A stretch of 64,000 nucleotides of DNA. Origin: Acanthaster planci. Lineage: Eukaryota. The stretch lies in contig NW_019091358.1 in the NCBI RefSeq assembly GCF_001949145.1, positions 1,116,961-1,180,960 on the forward strand. Reading direction: 5' to 3'. The notes beneath the pieces are model-generated. The model made no database searches. It worked only from the letters and a program-made list of their open reading frames with translations, and was not told where the DNA came from. Below, piece by piece: positions 1 through 11,900 of the stretch (the stretch's first letter is position 1; each line of letters starts with the position of its first letter). The translations under genes were made by a program, and so were the position numbers.

Positions 1-652
1 AACTTAGGAAATTGTACATGGAACGAATGGGCGATGCAGTGAGACGAGGAGGCAGTCAAACTGATATTTCCCATGCGTAAACAAGAGGGATTGATTTGTT
101 ACCTAGCAACGGTACCTTTTTCAGAGTTGATGCGCCACCTGTGCACGCTTGTTTTACCCTTGGCACTCCTGCGTACATGTACCAGTACGTCTTGGGGGCT
201 GAGTGCATGCAGTACAATGCGGCTTTCAGCATACTGTCGGCCCTCGTACCCTTTTTCTCTCCATTTTGACCAGCTTTGAAGAATCTGAATTCCCTCGCAA
301 AAGAAATTTCAGTGATGATGTTGCATGGCAAAGTTGTGTCAGAAAATAAAAAGCAACTGGGTACAAAATTGATTTTCGAAAGTGTTATATTAAATTTTAG
401 GCTGTCTGCTCATAGTTTATTGCCAGACCTGTGATTCATTTCCTTGGATTGGTCACATTTTGATATTTTCAGCCTTCACTTACTTGTACAAATTTATGGC
501 ACAGATTTACGACTAGAAATAAAGTTCTCTTCTGGGCTGTAACAAAATGTCAAAAACAGTTGACCTCCTTTTGACATCCGCCATTTCCGTTTTCAACCCC
601 AAGATTAAGCATCAGTCATTTTATGTCAGCCCCTGTTGTCTATCTCTGAATC

Positions 653-897
653 GGGTCATTCTGTAAATTCAGGGGCCAAAAAGTGTGACAGTTTTGTGTC
701 CCTGTGACACCTGACCTGTGTAATTTGACATGGAAATGTCACTGACATGATTGCAAACTGTTCCATTTGTTTAGCAGATAACTTGCATTAATTCATCACT
801 CTTGGAAATTGCAAAATGTCTTGAACTTCATATCATACCGTATGTCAGATGTGACAGGCACACAAAAAAATTTGACCCCTAATTTATAGAATGACCC
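653..897. mobile_element. Non-autonomous DNA transposon (MITE), about 27-bp TIRs
   Basis: gggtcattctgtaaattcaggggccaaa ... tttgacccctaatttatagaatgaccc; internal tgtgaca/tgtcac repeats; no clear TSD. Confidence 0.7.
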
Positions 898-1898
898 AAC
901 CGCCTGTTGTATAATGTGAGTGATTCATGTTATTTGTGTTTCTGTGGTTGCTTGCATAATTTTGAATACGTTGGTGTCACTCATGCAATTTTTTTCAATC
1001 ACCATTTGTTGTCTACATGTCAAACTGAGCCATGGCCATGCAACGCTCTATGAAATGAGTGACTTTTGAAGCTGCTCCATAAGTTGTGATGACTTGATTG
1101 GTGGCTTAGTGATTTGACGCCAAAGATAATTTTCAGCGAGCAGGTGTCAAGGGAACAACATGTATCATCAAATGCTACACCTCAGTGGCCATTAAGAAAA
1201 ATGTGTCCATTTGTTGGTATACATGTATATCCAAGAAAAGAAATATGCCAACTTGTAATTGTACAGTATATGTTGGCAACTTGTTAGAGGAGTGGTCATA
1301 TCCCATTTAGGTTTACAGGTAAATTTGTATTCTTTCAGTATAAGCAGGATATGACTGCACTTGGGAGGAATTATATTTCATTAAATTTAAAAAGACTGGC
1401 GGATAATAAATTGACACATTCTCTTTGGTGGCTCCCGTTTTGCTCCGAACTTGATCGTGCAACCCGAACTTGATCGGTTTAGCCTGTCGTCCTTGAGGGA
1501 TTTGACGTAAATGAATCATTTGACAGGAAAGGCAGAAAGTGCAGCCGTGCAAAAAAGCCATCATGAGCCCCATGTCTGGCCTGCTCCCTTTACCACCTGG
1601 CATTGGCGATATCTAGCAGTGACATTCCTCTGGATTGGGCCAGGAGGAATGCTTTGTGTTTTATTTCTTCAGGGGCAAAGACAGAAAAAAAAACCTATTC
1701 AGGAGTCCTCCTAAGTGAATTTTGGAGGATCTGCCCTTCCAAATCATGTCATTAAGTTGATCCTTTGAGGCAACTGAAGATATGACGTGAAGGGTTCCAG
1801 CTGCTAGGTGCCAGTGTCACCAAATGGCAAATATTTACCAAGGTTGGCTATAATTCTGAGCAGTTGGTGAGAAAAATTAAGGACATACATGTACATGT

Positions 1899-2258
1899 GG
1901 GGCGTGTGGTCTAGTGGTGAGAGTTTGTAGCTTCTGATCATAGGGTGGGGGGTTCGAATCCAGCTGGTGGCAGCATGTCGTGACCTTTGGCAAGTCACTT
2001 TACCCCCCTCCCATGTGCCTCTCTCCACTCAGGAGTAAATGGGTACTTGTGAGGGCAGATTTGGTTATGTTAGCCACATGTGCCTGATAAGGCAACATCA
2101 GCTACATGTAGTATACTCCCCAGGGAGCTGAGACGGTTTCAGGAATGCTCAGTTGTTGTGAGCCCAATGTGCAGGGATAATGATAATACAGCGCCTTGAG
2201 CAGCAGTTGTGATGGATATGTACGCTATGTGAGAACCAGCTATTATTATTATTATTAT
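1899..2258 (+). mobile_element. tRNA-derived SINE, family A, apparently full length
   Basis: A box tggtctagtgg, B box ggttcgaatcc, core ttggcaagtcacttt...caggagtaaatgggtac, (TAT)6 tail; related copies at about 25494 and 37505. Confidence 0.85.
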
Positions 2259-2834
2259 GCATTTGACACTGCCTAAAATAGGTAGCTGTTAAAATGAGCA
2301 TTTGGCAAAAACTTAGGCACCCCCCTAAGTCGTCCCTTAGGCTACCCAGCACAACCTTGCTGTCCTAGAGAAGCTTAGAAAATGCTTGTTACTGTTGTGA
2401 CACCTTTGGACCTTCGAAAGCCTTGCTGGGGGTGCATACCTCATTATGAAGGTGTCAAGGTAGGGTTGTTTCCTTGAAAGGCAGGGTAAATTGCAGTGCT
2501 GAATGAGTAATAGGGAGGTTGGTCAAGTTGTTTGAAACAAACATCAACAAGGCATGGCTTGTTAAACTTGACAGGTTCTTCATGCAATGGTGACTGGTTT
2601 AATAAAATAACAAATAACTCCAAGTGCATAAAACATCACACTTTCTAATATTGGTAAATTTGTCACAACTGAGCAAAAACTCAGCTGGATGCACCTTACT
2701 TTCTTTAAAGTTGTGTTTCTCCAACTTTTTCACAACAAAGAGACCATGATTTCTCCGTTGATGACTTTCATCCTCACAGCTGTTTGACAAGGTAAAGCAT
2801 CCTGTGAGACTTAACTTTCTGTCTATCGTCAAAG

Positions 2835-2961
2835 GTTATCAGCTTCGTGACGTCTGGTGCGCGCGATCCAGTGATTTTGTCAGAGTGCCAGAATACCTAT
2901 GCGATCCTGCCTTGAAGCCAGCCGGGAATCATTCCTGTAACATGGTGCCTTGCCCACCCAG
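2835..2961 (+). CDS. PAPLN: Papilin exon: C-terminal half of a TSP1 repeat (GYQLRDVWC...CNMVPCPP)
   Basis: aag|GT acceptor, AG|gtacgt donor, phase 1-2, ADAMTS-type TSR cysteine pattern. Confidence 0.85.
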
Positions 2962-5900
2962 GTACGTGATAAAATTCCACCTCCGTTCATCGTGAACTAG
3001 CTGTGCGTCCAACCACACACTCTGATGATGGTGGAGTTCAAGACAGAAATCTTCTCTTTTCCGTTTCCTGTTCTTTGTTCATGTTTGGCGGAATATTGAT
3101 AAAAGGCCAGTTCACTGTTGATTCTTTCACCTGTATAATCAACATGAAGGTCATCAGGTACGAGTGCAGTTTGTATCTACCAGTTAGCACTGGCTGTGGT
3201 TTCTCTCACTTTGCTCCAACAAGAAAGAAATTCTGCGCCTGACATGTTGAGGTCTCCAAAGTTTTGTCAGGTTCAGGACCGTGCTACTTCTTAGGTAGCT
3301 CTTAGAGTTGTTTTCTGAGATTTCTGTAGCAGAGGTGAAAGGCAGATGGAGATTAAATCAACTTTGTGGGAGTTGGCCTCTATTTAAATTACAGTAGGTT
3401 AACCTGGGGGGGGTTTGCAGTCTCATTTACTCCCCTTCCAATCTAACCCCCCCCCTTTCCCCTCAGTTGGCTTGCCGGTGAGTGGAGTCCTTGTTCCACC
3501 TCCTGCGGGTTGGGCCAGCAGGTCAGACTGGTCTACTGTGAGCAGGTCATGCACGGCGACCGGGCTGAGATCATCCACGACTCCTTCTGCGAGAACGGCC
3601 TCCTGGAAGACAAGCCCAGCTACCAGCAACACTGCTTCTCGGCGCCCTGCCCTGAATGGACAGCTGGCAACTGGTCCCAGGTGGGTGGCACAATTTATTT
3701 TTAAATGCCTGACTAGCAGTCTGGCAGCTGTTCTTTAAATTAGTTTACCATCAGCTGAGGGGGATGGGGTTCTAGTTTAGGGTCACTGCTAATTCTAACT
3801 AGGTTGTTTGTATCAACCGATGTACATCCCAGCAGACTTTCTGTGTACTTAATAGTGCATTGAAATGGCAAGATGGTGAAAGCTAATATCCAACTTGTGA
3901 AATATTTTCTGTGGGGAGGGACAGTGACAGATTATTTCAGCCCATAATGCAATAAATGGCCGTGGCAGTTGCCATTGAACAGGAAAAAAATAAGATATTG
4001 TGCCACATTTCTGAAGTTTTGCGTCATGGACAAGTGTTTGAGAGAACTTGAATAAATAACGCTGTTAACCTTCAATTTAACGCTGTTACAGCTCTTTATA
4101 GAACTGGTGTAACTTACTGGTATGTGCGCACTGCCAGTTCCAAAGATTTGATGAAAATCGGGTTTTAAATGAAAGAAACGTGTCAATGAAAAAGTTGATT
4201 TTTTTTTCTTTAAAGTGAGAAGAGAGAGAGAAAAGGAACCTGATTTACTTAAGCACTTAATCAATGTCAGTGGAACATAGTCTCTAGGTCTTTTTGATTG
4301 GCACTGGTAACTATAAGAAGCAACATCAGTAGGCCATCTCATATCGCTCAACAAATATGAGAAGAGCAAGTGTATAAGAGTTGCACTTTTGGTTCCAGGT
4401 CCCCTGAGGGACTGCAGCTTTACGCGAATATCATCTTTCATAATGGCCTACTAACTTCACAACTTGATGCTGCACTTTGCCCTACCCTGCATGCATTTCT
4501 CTCCCTTTCTCCTTCAACCCCCCCCCCTTAACTTCCCTCCTTTAGTGCTCAGTCACCTGCGGGCGCGGTGTCCAGACACGAGCCGTCTCCTGCAGCTCGG
4601 GGGAGGAGGTCCTGGCCGACTCACAGTGTCTCGCCGACATCAGGCCCAACAGCCAGCAGGTGTGTCACATGGGGCCCTGTGAGGACGTGCAGTGGCTGGT
4701 GTCCCAGTGGTCTGACGTGAGTTGCCTCGAGACCGTTTCTTACTAAAAAGAAAACCTTTTTATTACTGGTTATAGCTGAACTGTATTTATCACTGCCCAC
4801 AGCAAATTAGCAAGTAGAGTGTATTGCGCAGTCAAAACAATTTATATGTATATTAGTGAGTTACAGAAAAGAAAATATGAATTTTAAACAGACACCACAT
4901 GCCACTGAAAAGATTTTCATTAAAAGCACTGGATTTTGACATTGTACAGAAGAAATAGGAATGCAGAATAAAGGTGGGGAAAGGAAAATGTTAGTTGGTT
5001 TTGAAAAAAATTATATAAAAATGGGAATACATGGTGAAGGCAAAGGAAGAAATTATGAAGTGGAGGAGAGTTCATTTGGGAGGAGGTGGAACATTGAGGA
5101 GTGAACCACATGCATGATCACGTCTCAGCTGGTTGGTTTATCCAAACAACCTGGGTGTGTTTGCCTGTGTGTGTGCGCTGAGAGTTTTCTAGAACATCTG
5201 GGGCAATTTTTTTTTTTTTTGCTTTTCATGAGAGAATTTGGAGTAGGTGGGAATACGTCTTTTTTTGTGACTGAGGGAGTGCATGCCGGCAAGTTTGGGC
5301 CTTGCTTCACAGGTGGATGTTGAAAGATACATGTAGTTAGCATTCATTGGGAGCTAGACAAAGGTATTTTGATTAGTTTTATAGTCACTGAGGGAGTCTG
5401 CGGTTGATTGCGGGTCAGGGAGGGGAATTGTGGACCAGGCGAAGGTTGTCCCAGGTGGGGGGGGGAATAAGTGTGGGGAATGGTCGCGCTGATGTAGTGA
5501 TATGCCCAACACTGCACTGCCACCTTGGCGGGGACATTTTAATTGAGGTTAACACCGAGCATACAAAGGACCTATCCCCACTGTGGTAGCATGCCTGTTG
5601 GAGTGTTTAAAGTAGTAAAAGTGTAATTATCTAGCTTGGACATTTGGTTTGCTGTGTTAGTTTTGGTTTTTAGTCTGGTCACATTGAAAAGTACTGGTAG
5701 TCTTTGTCCAATTGCATAAACTGACTCTAGCTATTCATTGCACTTGATTCATATAAATACATGTAGGCATACAACGTTTCTGTGAGCCTGCTGATTTCTC
5801 CAAACTTTGGCAGAAATTCTTTCTTAAAAGTTTCCCCATTTTTGCATTCCCAGGTTGGGTCTGTGAGTTTTTTTCACAAGATCCCTTGCAACCAGTCCCA

Positions 5901-8900
5901 GGAAATGACTTTGTCCTAATGTACTGCAGTTGTAGTTAAGCAATGAATGGCCAAAGCTCGGAAAAGGGACCCACCTGTTGTACCACCACCCACAACTTCA
6001 GTACCTAAAAGGAAAAGCATTTTCTGTCTCGTCCCCATGCTGAAACTGTAGTCTTCTGTCTGTTTTGCTGTTGCTTTGCCATAAACCTTAGCGTCTTGCC
6101 ATCTAATCCCTCCCCTCCAGTGTTCTGACCAGTGTGGTGATGGTGTCCAGACCAGGCAGGTGCACTGCATGGGGCCCTCGGGCACCATTTATGCCGAGGA
6201 TGTCTGCGATGGCAACCTGCGTCCTGCCACGACACAGCGCTGTTCCTCTCGGCAGGCCTGTCACCCCCTCTGGCACGCCTCCCGCTGGACCGAGGTAAGG
6301 CACCAGTTGAAGCAACCTGTCACCTCATTGACTTCTTTTTCGGTCCAATATGACCAGTCAAGTTTGTCATAAATTATCCCCAAAATTTACAAATGATACT
6401 CTGTTATTAAGTGGACATGAGGAGATCTTTCTCAGAGTTCAGACCTTCTATTAACTTTTTTGGGGAGGGGGGTTGAGTAGACATACATGTACCAGGAATA
6501 TTTACCTCACCAAAGATTTTTAGGTTTGGACCTCACACATTGAAAGAGAATTGATCTTCATATTAAGAAGGGCACCATTGTGAACTTTCTCGGCACTGAT
6601 TGTTCAACTAAACGTGTGACTGCAGTATAACTCTACTCAAATAGTTTACAAGAATTGCTTGATCCCTTATTTGGGGCTGATGCTGGCAAGATGTATGTGG
6701 GGTCGGTTTTCCTCTTTGGCAAATTTTTAGTGTACGCTCTTTTGGGCGGTTGTTCCTTCAGTGCTCCACAGATTGCGGCCAGGGCCTGCGCATCCGGAAC
6801 GTCTTCTGCGCTCACTTTGTGAACGGCGAGTGGGAAGCCACTTCGGATGGCGCGTGCAACGCCACCATCAAGCTGTCCACCTCGGAGGTTTGCGACAACG
6901 GACCTTGCGTCGGGGCTGTGTGGTTGACTGGTTCCTGGGAGAAGGTAAGAGTGCCGCGTGTTAGGGCAGCCTTGCAGCACACCTTGTGAGTGTACTGTAA
7001 CTTTGGTATTTACTCAACATGATAATTCTGAAAGCTTTCCAAAATTTGTCATTGGAATGCCAATGTACAGGTTCCATGAGATACCAGTTTTTTTTATCTT
7101 CTGGGTTGACGGTACAAATACTGTACCAACAGTTAATTTGCATACAGATCCAATTTTGTTTTAAAAGTACATTACTACCAGAATAACCATTATAATGTAA
7201 CAGGTTTAGATCAAATGTCCCTTTTAACTTTGAAGTTGAAGGTATACTCCAACTGAGCATAACTAGGAATTTTACCATTTTGCAAGTTGAGTTATATCTG
7301 GAAAATTAAGATGGGAAAGTCATGCTGTAAGAAGTCTTTACTAGTCATATTTGTCCTAGTCTTTTTCCTGAGGAATATTTACAGCCTGCAATTTCATAAT
7401 GATCATTGTGGCGTTAATAACTAATTTACTTCTAATTCTTCGATCAGTGTTCAGCAAAGTGTGAGGGAGGCCAGAGGGCCCGGCAGATCATGTGCTTCAA
7501 GGATGGGACTTCGTTGGACAGCTCCCACTGTGATGCATCAAACCGGCCAATCGAGCAAGAAATTTGTAACACCCAGCCTTGCGATGGCTCAGAAGGTAGG
7601 CAAGGCTTTTTATATCTCTGTTTATAGGTGTCTGACATTGATTGTTTAAAAATCAGATTTGACATACACTTCCATTTGTCTGTGGTTCATAGAAAGGTGG
7701 AATCGTTTAAGGTCATGTGACCTTTATTTCACATTCCTTTCAAATTTGTTTTGCATTCCAAATGTAATGACTATGGACACTCCCTTAAGGAAACATTGTT
7801 TTAAAAATCAGATTTGACATACAATTCCATTTGTCTGTGGTTCATTGAAAGGTGGAATCATTTAAGGTCATGTGACCTTTATTTCACAACCCTTTCAAAT
7901 TTGGTTTGTATTCCAAATGTAATGACTATGGACACTCGCTGAAGGAAACATTGAATAATTTAACACAAATAGCTGGAATTCCAGACTCTACTAAAATGTT
8001 ATGATGCACAGGCAAAACTGATAATCGGGGGTTGATTTCACAAGCCATCCCAAATAGTGCACACACGCCATTTCCAAGACGAATGAAGTCGGTAATGCAC
8101 GACCAGAGACCATGATAAAACTGTAATAACGGTCAATTGTGGGAATGGCTAGGTTATATTTTGTCTTTTTTCTTAAGCTTCCTTGTTTCTTGGGGAGAAT
8201 CCTGTACATTGCCAATCTAGTGTGGTGTAGCTGACCGAGTTTACTTTTACTGGCTCTTAGAGGATTGTAACAGGTCAACCTACGGCTGTTGTGAGGATGG
8301 AGTTACTGAGGCAACTGGACCTGACCAAGAGGGCTGTCCAACCAGGTCAGTCTTCCCTTCAGAAATCATCTGCCAAATTATTGAAATTTTTGAATAAAAT
8401 TTAATTAATTTTCAATTATAGAACGTCCTTTGGATGTCAAGCAAAATGTTATTTCACTTCTGGCAGCCGTTTATGTATCTGAGCTAAAATTTGCCGAGAT
8501 TTTCAGACTTGCAACCGTTCCTTGGATCAACTGAGTATTCTCATTCAGTTTACTTAAAAAACACTGTTACAAATTGAAAACACCACCAACTCTTCTACAG
8601 TTGGGAGTTCCCTTGCTTTTTGTCATCAGAAATCCTGGTTGTCATGCTTGCATGTTAAGAGACAGCTTCCCCCCCCCTTCCATGAATCATTGGTGGTTTT
8701 TTTCCCTGTCCTCTTGGTATCTCAGTGAAACCGAAGCCCCTACCTCAGCGCCATCCACCACTACCGGCCCAACCTGTGCTAGTTCCACCTTTGGCTGCTG
8801 TGCGGACGGGATCAATGCTGCCTCAGGACCGGATGGAGAGGGGTGCCAGGAAGAAAAAGGTGTCGTCATCACTTCGTTGTCTTAACGTCATTCATTGATG

Positions 8901-11900
8901 ACGTACATGTAGCAGTGGTTAGATGGAGTTGAACACTGAAACGCTGATCTGTGCCAAAATAAAGAAAAATGTAAAATGAAAGGAGAAGAAAAGTTGAGGC
9001 CTAATGCAGCAATGTCATGTGAATAGAGTGTGTATAGAACAGTTGAAGTTACATGAAAGGGCTCCAAAATACTAGGGTGCGCAAAATAATGCAATACATA
9101 TGCAAGTATTGGCATACCCTGTACACTTTTATTATTGATGGTATGCGTAATTATCTTCGAAAAATTTGCATACTAGATCCTGATTGGTTGATCCCTGGCA
9201 ACAACATCCCATTATACCACACACACGTTCAAAACCGCACACTGCATATTGCGCAAAATGCTGCACATTGTGCTATTCTAAGCGTATGCTAATTGTAGAA
9301 ATGCACAGTTTTCNNNNNNNNNNNNNNNNNNNNNNNNNNNNNNNNNNNNNNNNNNNNNNNNNNNNNNNNNNNNNNNNNNNNNNNNNNNNNNNNNNNNNNN
9401 NNNNNNNNNNNNNNNNNNNNNNNNNNNNNNNNNNNNNNNNNNNNNNNNNNNNNNNNNNNNNNNNNNNNNNNNNNNNNNNNNNNNNNNNNNNNNNNNNNNN
9501 NNNNNNNNNNNNNNNNNNNNNNNNNNNNNNNNNNNNNNNNNNNNNNNNNNNNNNNNNNNNNNNNNNNNNNNNNNNNNNNNNNNNNNNNNNNNNNNNNNNN
9601 NNNNNNNNNNNNNNNNNNNNNNNNNNNNNNNNNNNNNNNNNNNNNNNNNNNNNNNNNNNNNNNNNNNNNNNNNNNNNNNNNNNNNNNNNNNNNNNNNNNN
9701 NNNNNNNNNNNNNNNNNNNNNNNNNNNNNNNNNNNNNNNNNNNNNNNNNNNNNNNNNNNNNNNNNNNNNNNNNNNNNNNNNNNNNNNNNNNNNNNNNNNN
9801 NNNNNNNNNNNNNNNNNNNNNNNNNNNNNNNNNNNNNNNNNNNNNNNNNNNNNNNNNNNNNNNNNNTTCTTTGGTTTCAAATCATGAACTCCAGCCCAAA
9901 TAACTGGCTCAAAATTGCACAAAGTACTAAGGTTCGCAGCTGAAGCTTTTCATCAAAATAAACCATCTGGTGTTTTCCTCTTTGAAACCTACCTAAGTTT
10001 GAAATCACTGATTGTTTAATGAAATCAGACCTCATGTCAGTTCCAAAATCTAATCACAAAACTTTCTACGGCTCAATTGACAAGACAACTTGCCTGCTAT
10101 CCTTGGAGCTTGAGTCCTTTTGACCCTTTGAAGACGGTATGACAATCCTTTCATAGTCTGCTTTTCTGGTTTTTGCATGATAGAAACCTGTGAACAGCCA
10201 TACGACACCGGCCCATGCTACGCCTTTGAACTGAAGTGGTTCTTCGACATTGAATACCAGCGTTGTGTGAACTTCTGGTATGGCGGCTGTGAAGGCAATG
10301 CCAATCGCTTCGACTCGGAGAAGGAATGCCAGTCAGTCTGCACCATACAACAGGAGCCTATGACGCAAGAAGGTATGGGACAGTGGACCCATCCATCTAG
10401 CCCTGCCCTCTGACCACGCGGGCAGTTGTCATGTATTTCTCTCCCACTGCTTTCTTCCCCCAGTTCCATGTTGAATGTTTTCGGACTTTTTTGGCATGTT
10501 TGTCAGACCTGCGTGTACATCACAGCTGTGATTGGCAGAAAGACCATGGGTGGGGCTTAATGGATTGGTCTGTAGGGATCTTTCCGAAAGCCAACTCCAA
10601 GAATTCCAGCCTCCCATGGCCACGATGGCCACCTGCCAAACTGCAAATTCTCAGTTTGTGGCCCAGTGTGCTCTGCATGCTTTGAATCACACGGTGAAAA
10701 GGCTAATTGTTCGGTGGCATACGGCTCTACTCACGCTTCCACATTCCCGTTGCCTCTTTCAAAGTGAGGACTATTGTGAAGCTGGTGATTATGATGCAAA
10801 ATCGGTCTTTTCATTTCTGGGCTACACACAAAGACCAATTACCCTATACACAAGAGCCAGGGTCTGCCTTCTTTCACCGTGTTCGCTCGAGCTTGGGCCG
10901 AGAATAATAGCTGAAAAGCGGGCTGAGGATCTCAATTTTTACGGCGGCTATAGGCGCCTCCCGGTGCAAAGGGGTTACATATTTCACACATCGATGCTAA
11001 GTAATGATAAAAGGGCCTTTTTACAAGTCTGTTCTGGAATTCTGAAAGTCAGTACCTGTGTTTATTTCACTGCAGAGATGTGTTCACTCCCTCCGGAGGT
11101 TGGGCCGTGCAAGAAGAGCATTGAAAGCTACTACTTCAACCCCGAGACAGGCCAGTGCGAGAGTTTCACTTACGGGGGATGTCACGGCAACATGAACAAG
11201 TTCCGGACTCCAGAGGAATGCGACATCAAGTGTGGCACCCTGAACAAAGGTAGACTGCTGTGATGTGGGATTTGTTTTGACGCTGGAGGGGCTCACAGCT
11301 CTTGAGGCATGGCAGACATCATGTTAAGGAGTACATACAAGGAAATGAACACCACAAGAACTTCAACTGTTGGCAAAAAAATTGCAGCGCTTCATAGTTG
11401 ATTATATTACGTATGCAGTGTGGTTGATCCACTAGAGTTTTTATTATAAATTATTTCTGGTAATGATACCAAGGATTCCTTAAACGTGCCCTAGGCACTG
11501 TAGCTCGCAAGCCTGAAGAAACCTTTCGAGAGGAGACAATGAGAAGCAGTTATAGGTTTAGAGGTGGGAGGAAAACCCGAGAATAATATTCTGAATAAAA
11601 CCCACAGAATTAGGTAAGGACTGAAAATCACATGTGAACCGAGCCAGGATTCGAACCCAGACCACAGAGGTGGAAGGTGAGGAAAGAACCACTGCACCAA
11701 CCTGGCTCCCCCGACTGTTATCAACTCTATACTGTATAGGGGAAAGTGGCAGAGGTACAGTGCATATGAGTGGTCACTGCATTATGATCAGCTCAATCAA
11801 TATGTGTTCATATTGACTTGAGTGAATATGTGTTCGCAAATCAGCAGAGCAAAATCCTTAAACTGAGTTGCAAGACAGACTGAGTTACATGGATACAGTA

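Noticed and set aside
1..60. GNCTWNEW peptide resembling a TSP1 start
   Set aside because: An in-frame TGA follows within four codons and there is no CSxxCG motif.
1899..1975. tRNA-like A and B boxes
   Set aside because: No clean cloverleaf, and the sequence continues into a SINE core and (TAT)n tail with other copies in the window, so it is a SINE head and not a tRNA gene. The same applies at about 11640-11712 on the minus strand.
7641..7953. Direct repeats as a CRISPR-like array or regulatory system
   Set aside because: Only two units, no spacers, eukaryotic intron; a simple local duplication, as at 19081-19245.
10532..11075. Upstream part of the 243-aa ORF that runs into Kunitz 2
   Set aside because: It translates a MITE also present at 25993-26409; no transposase motifs, and the real exon starts at the acceptor before 11076.
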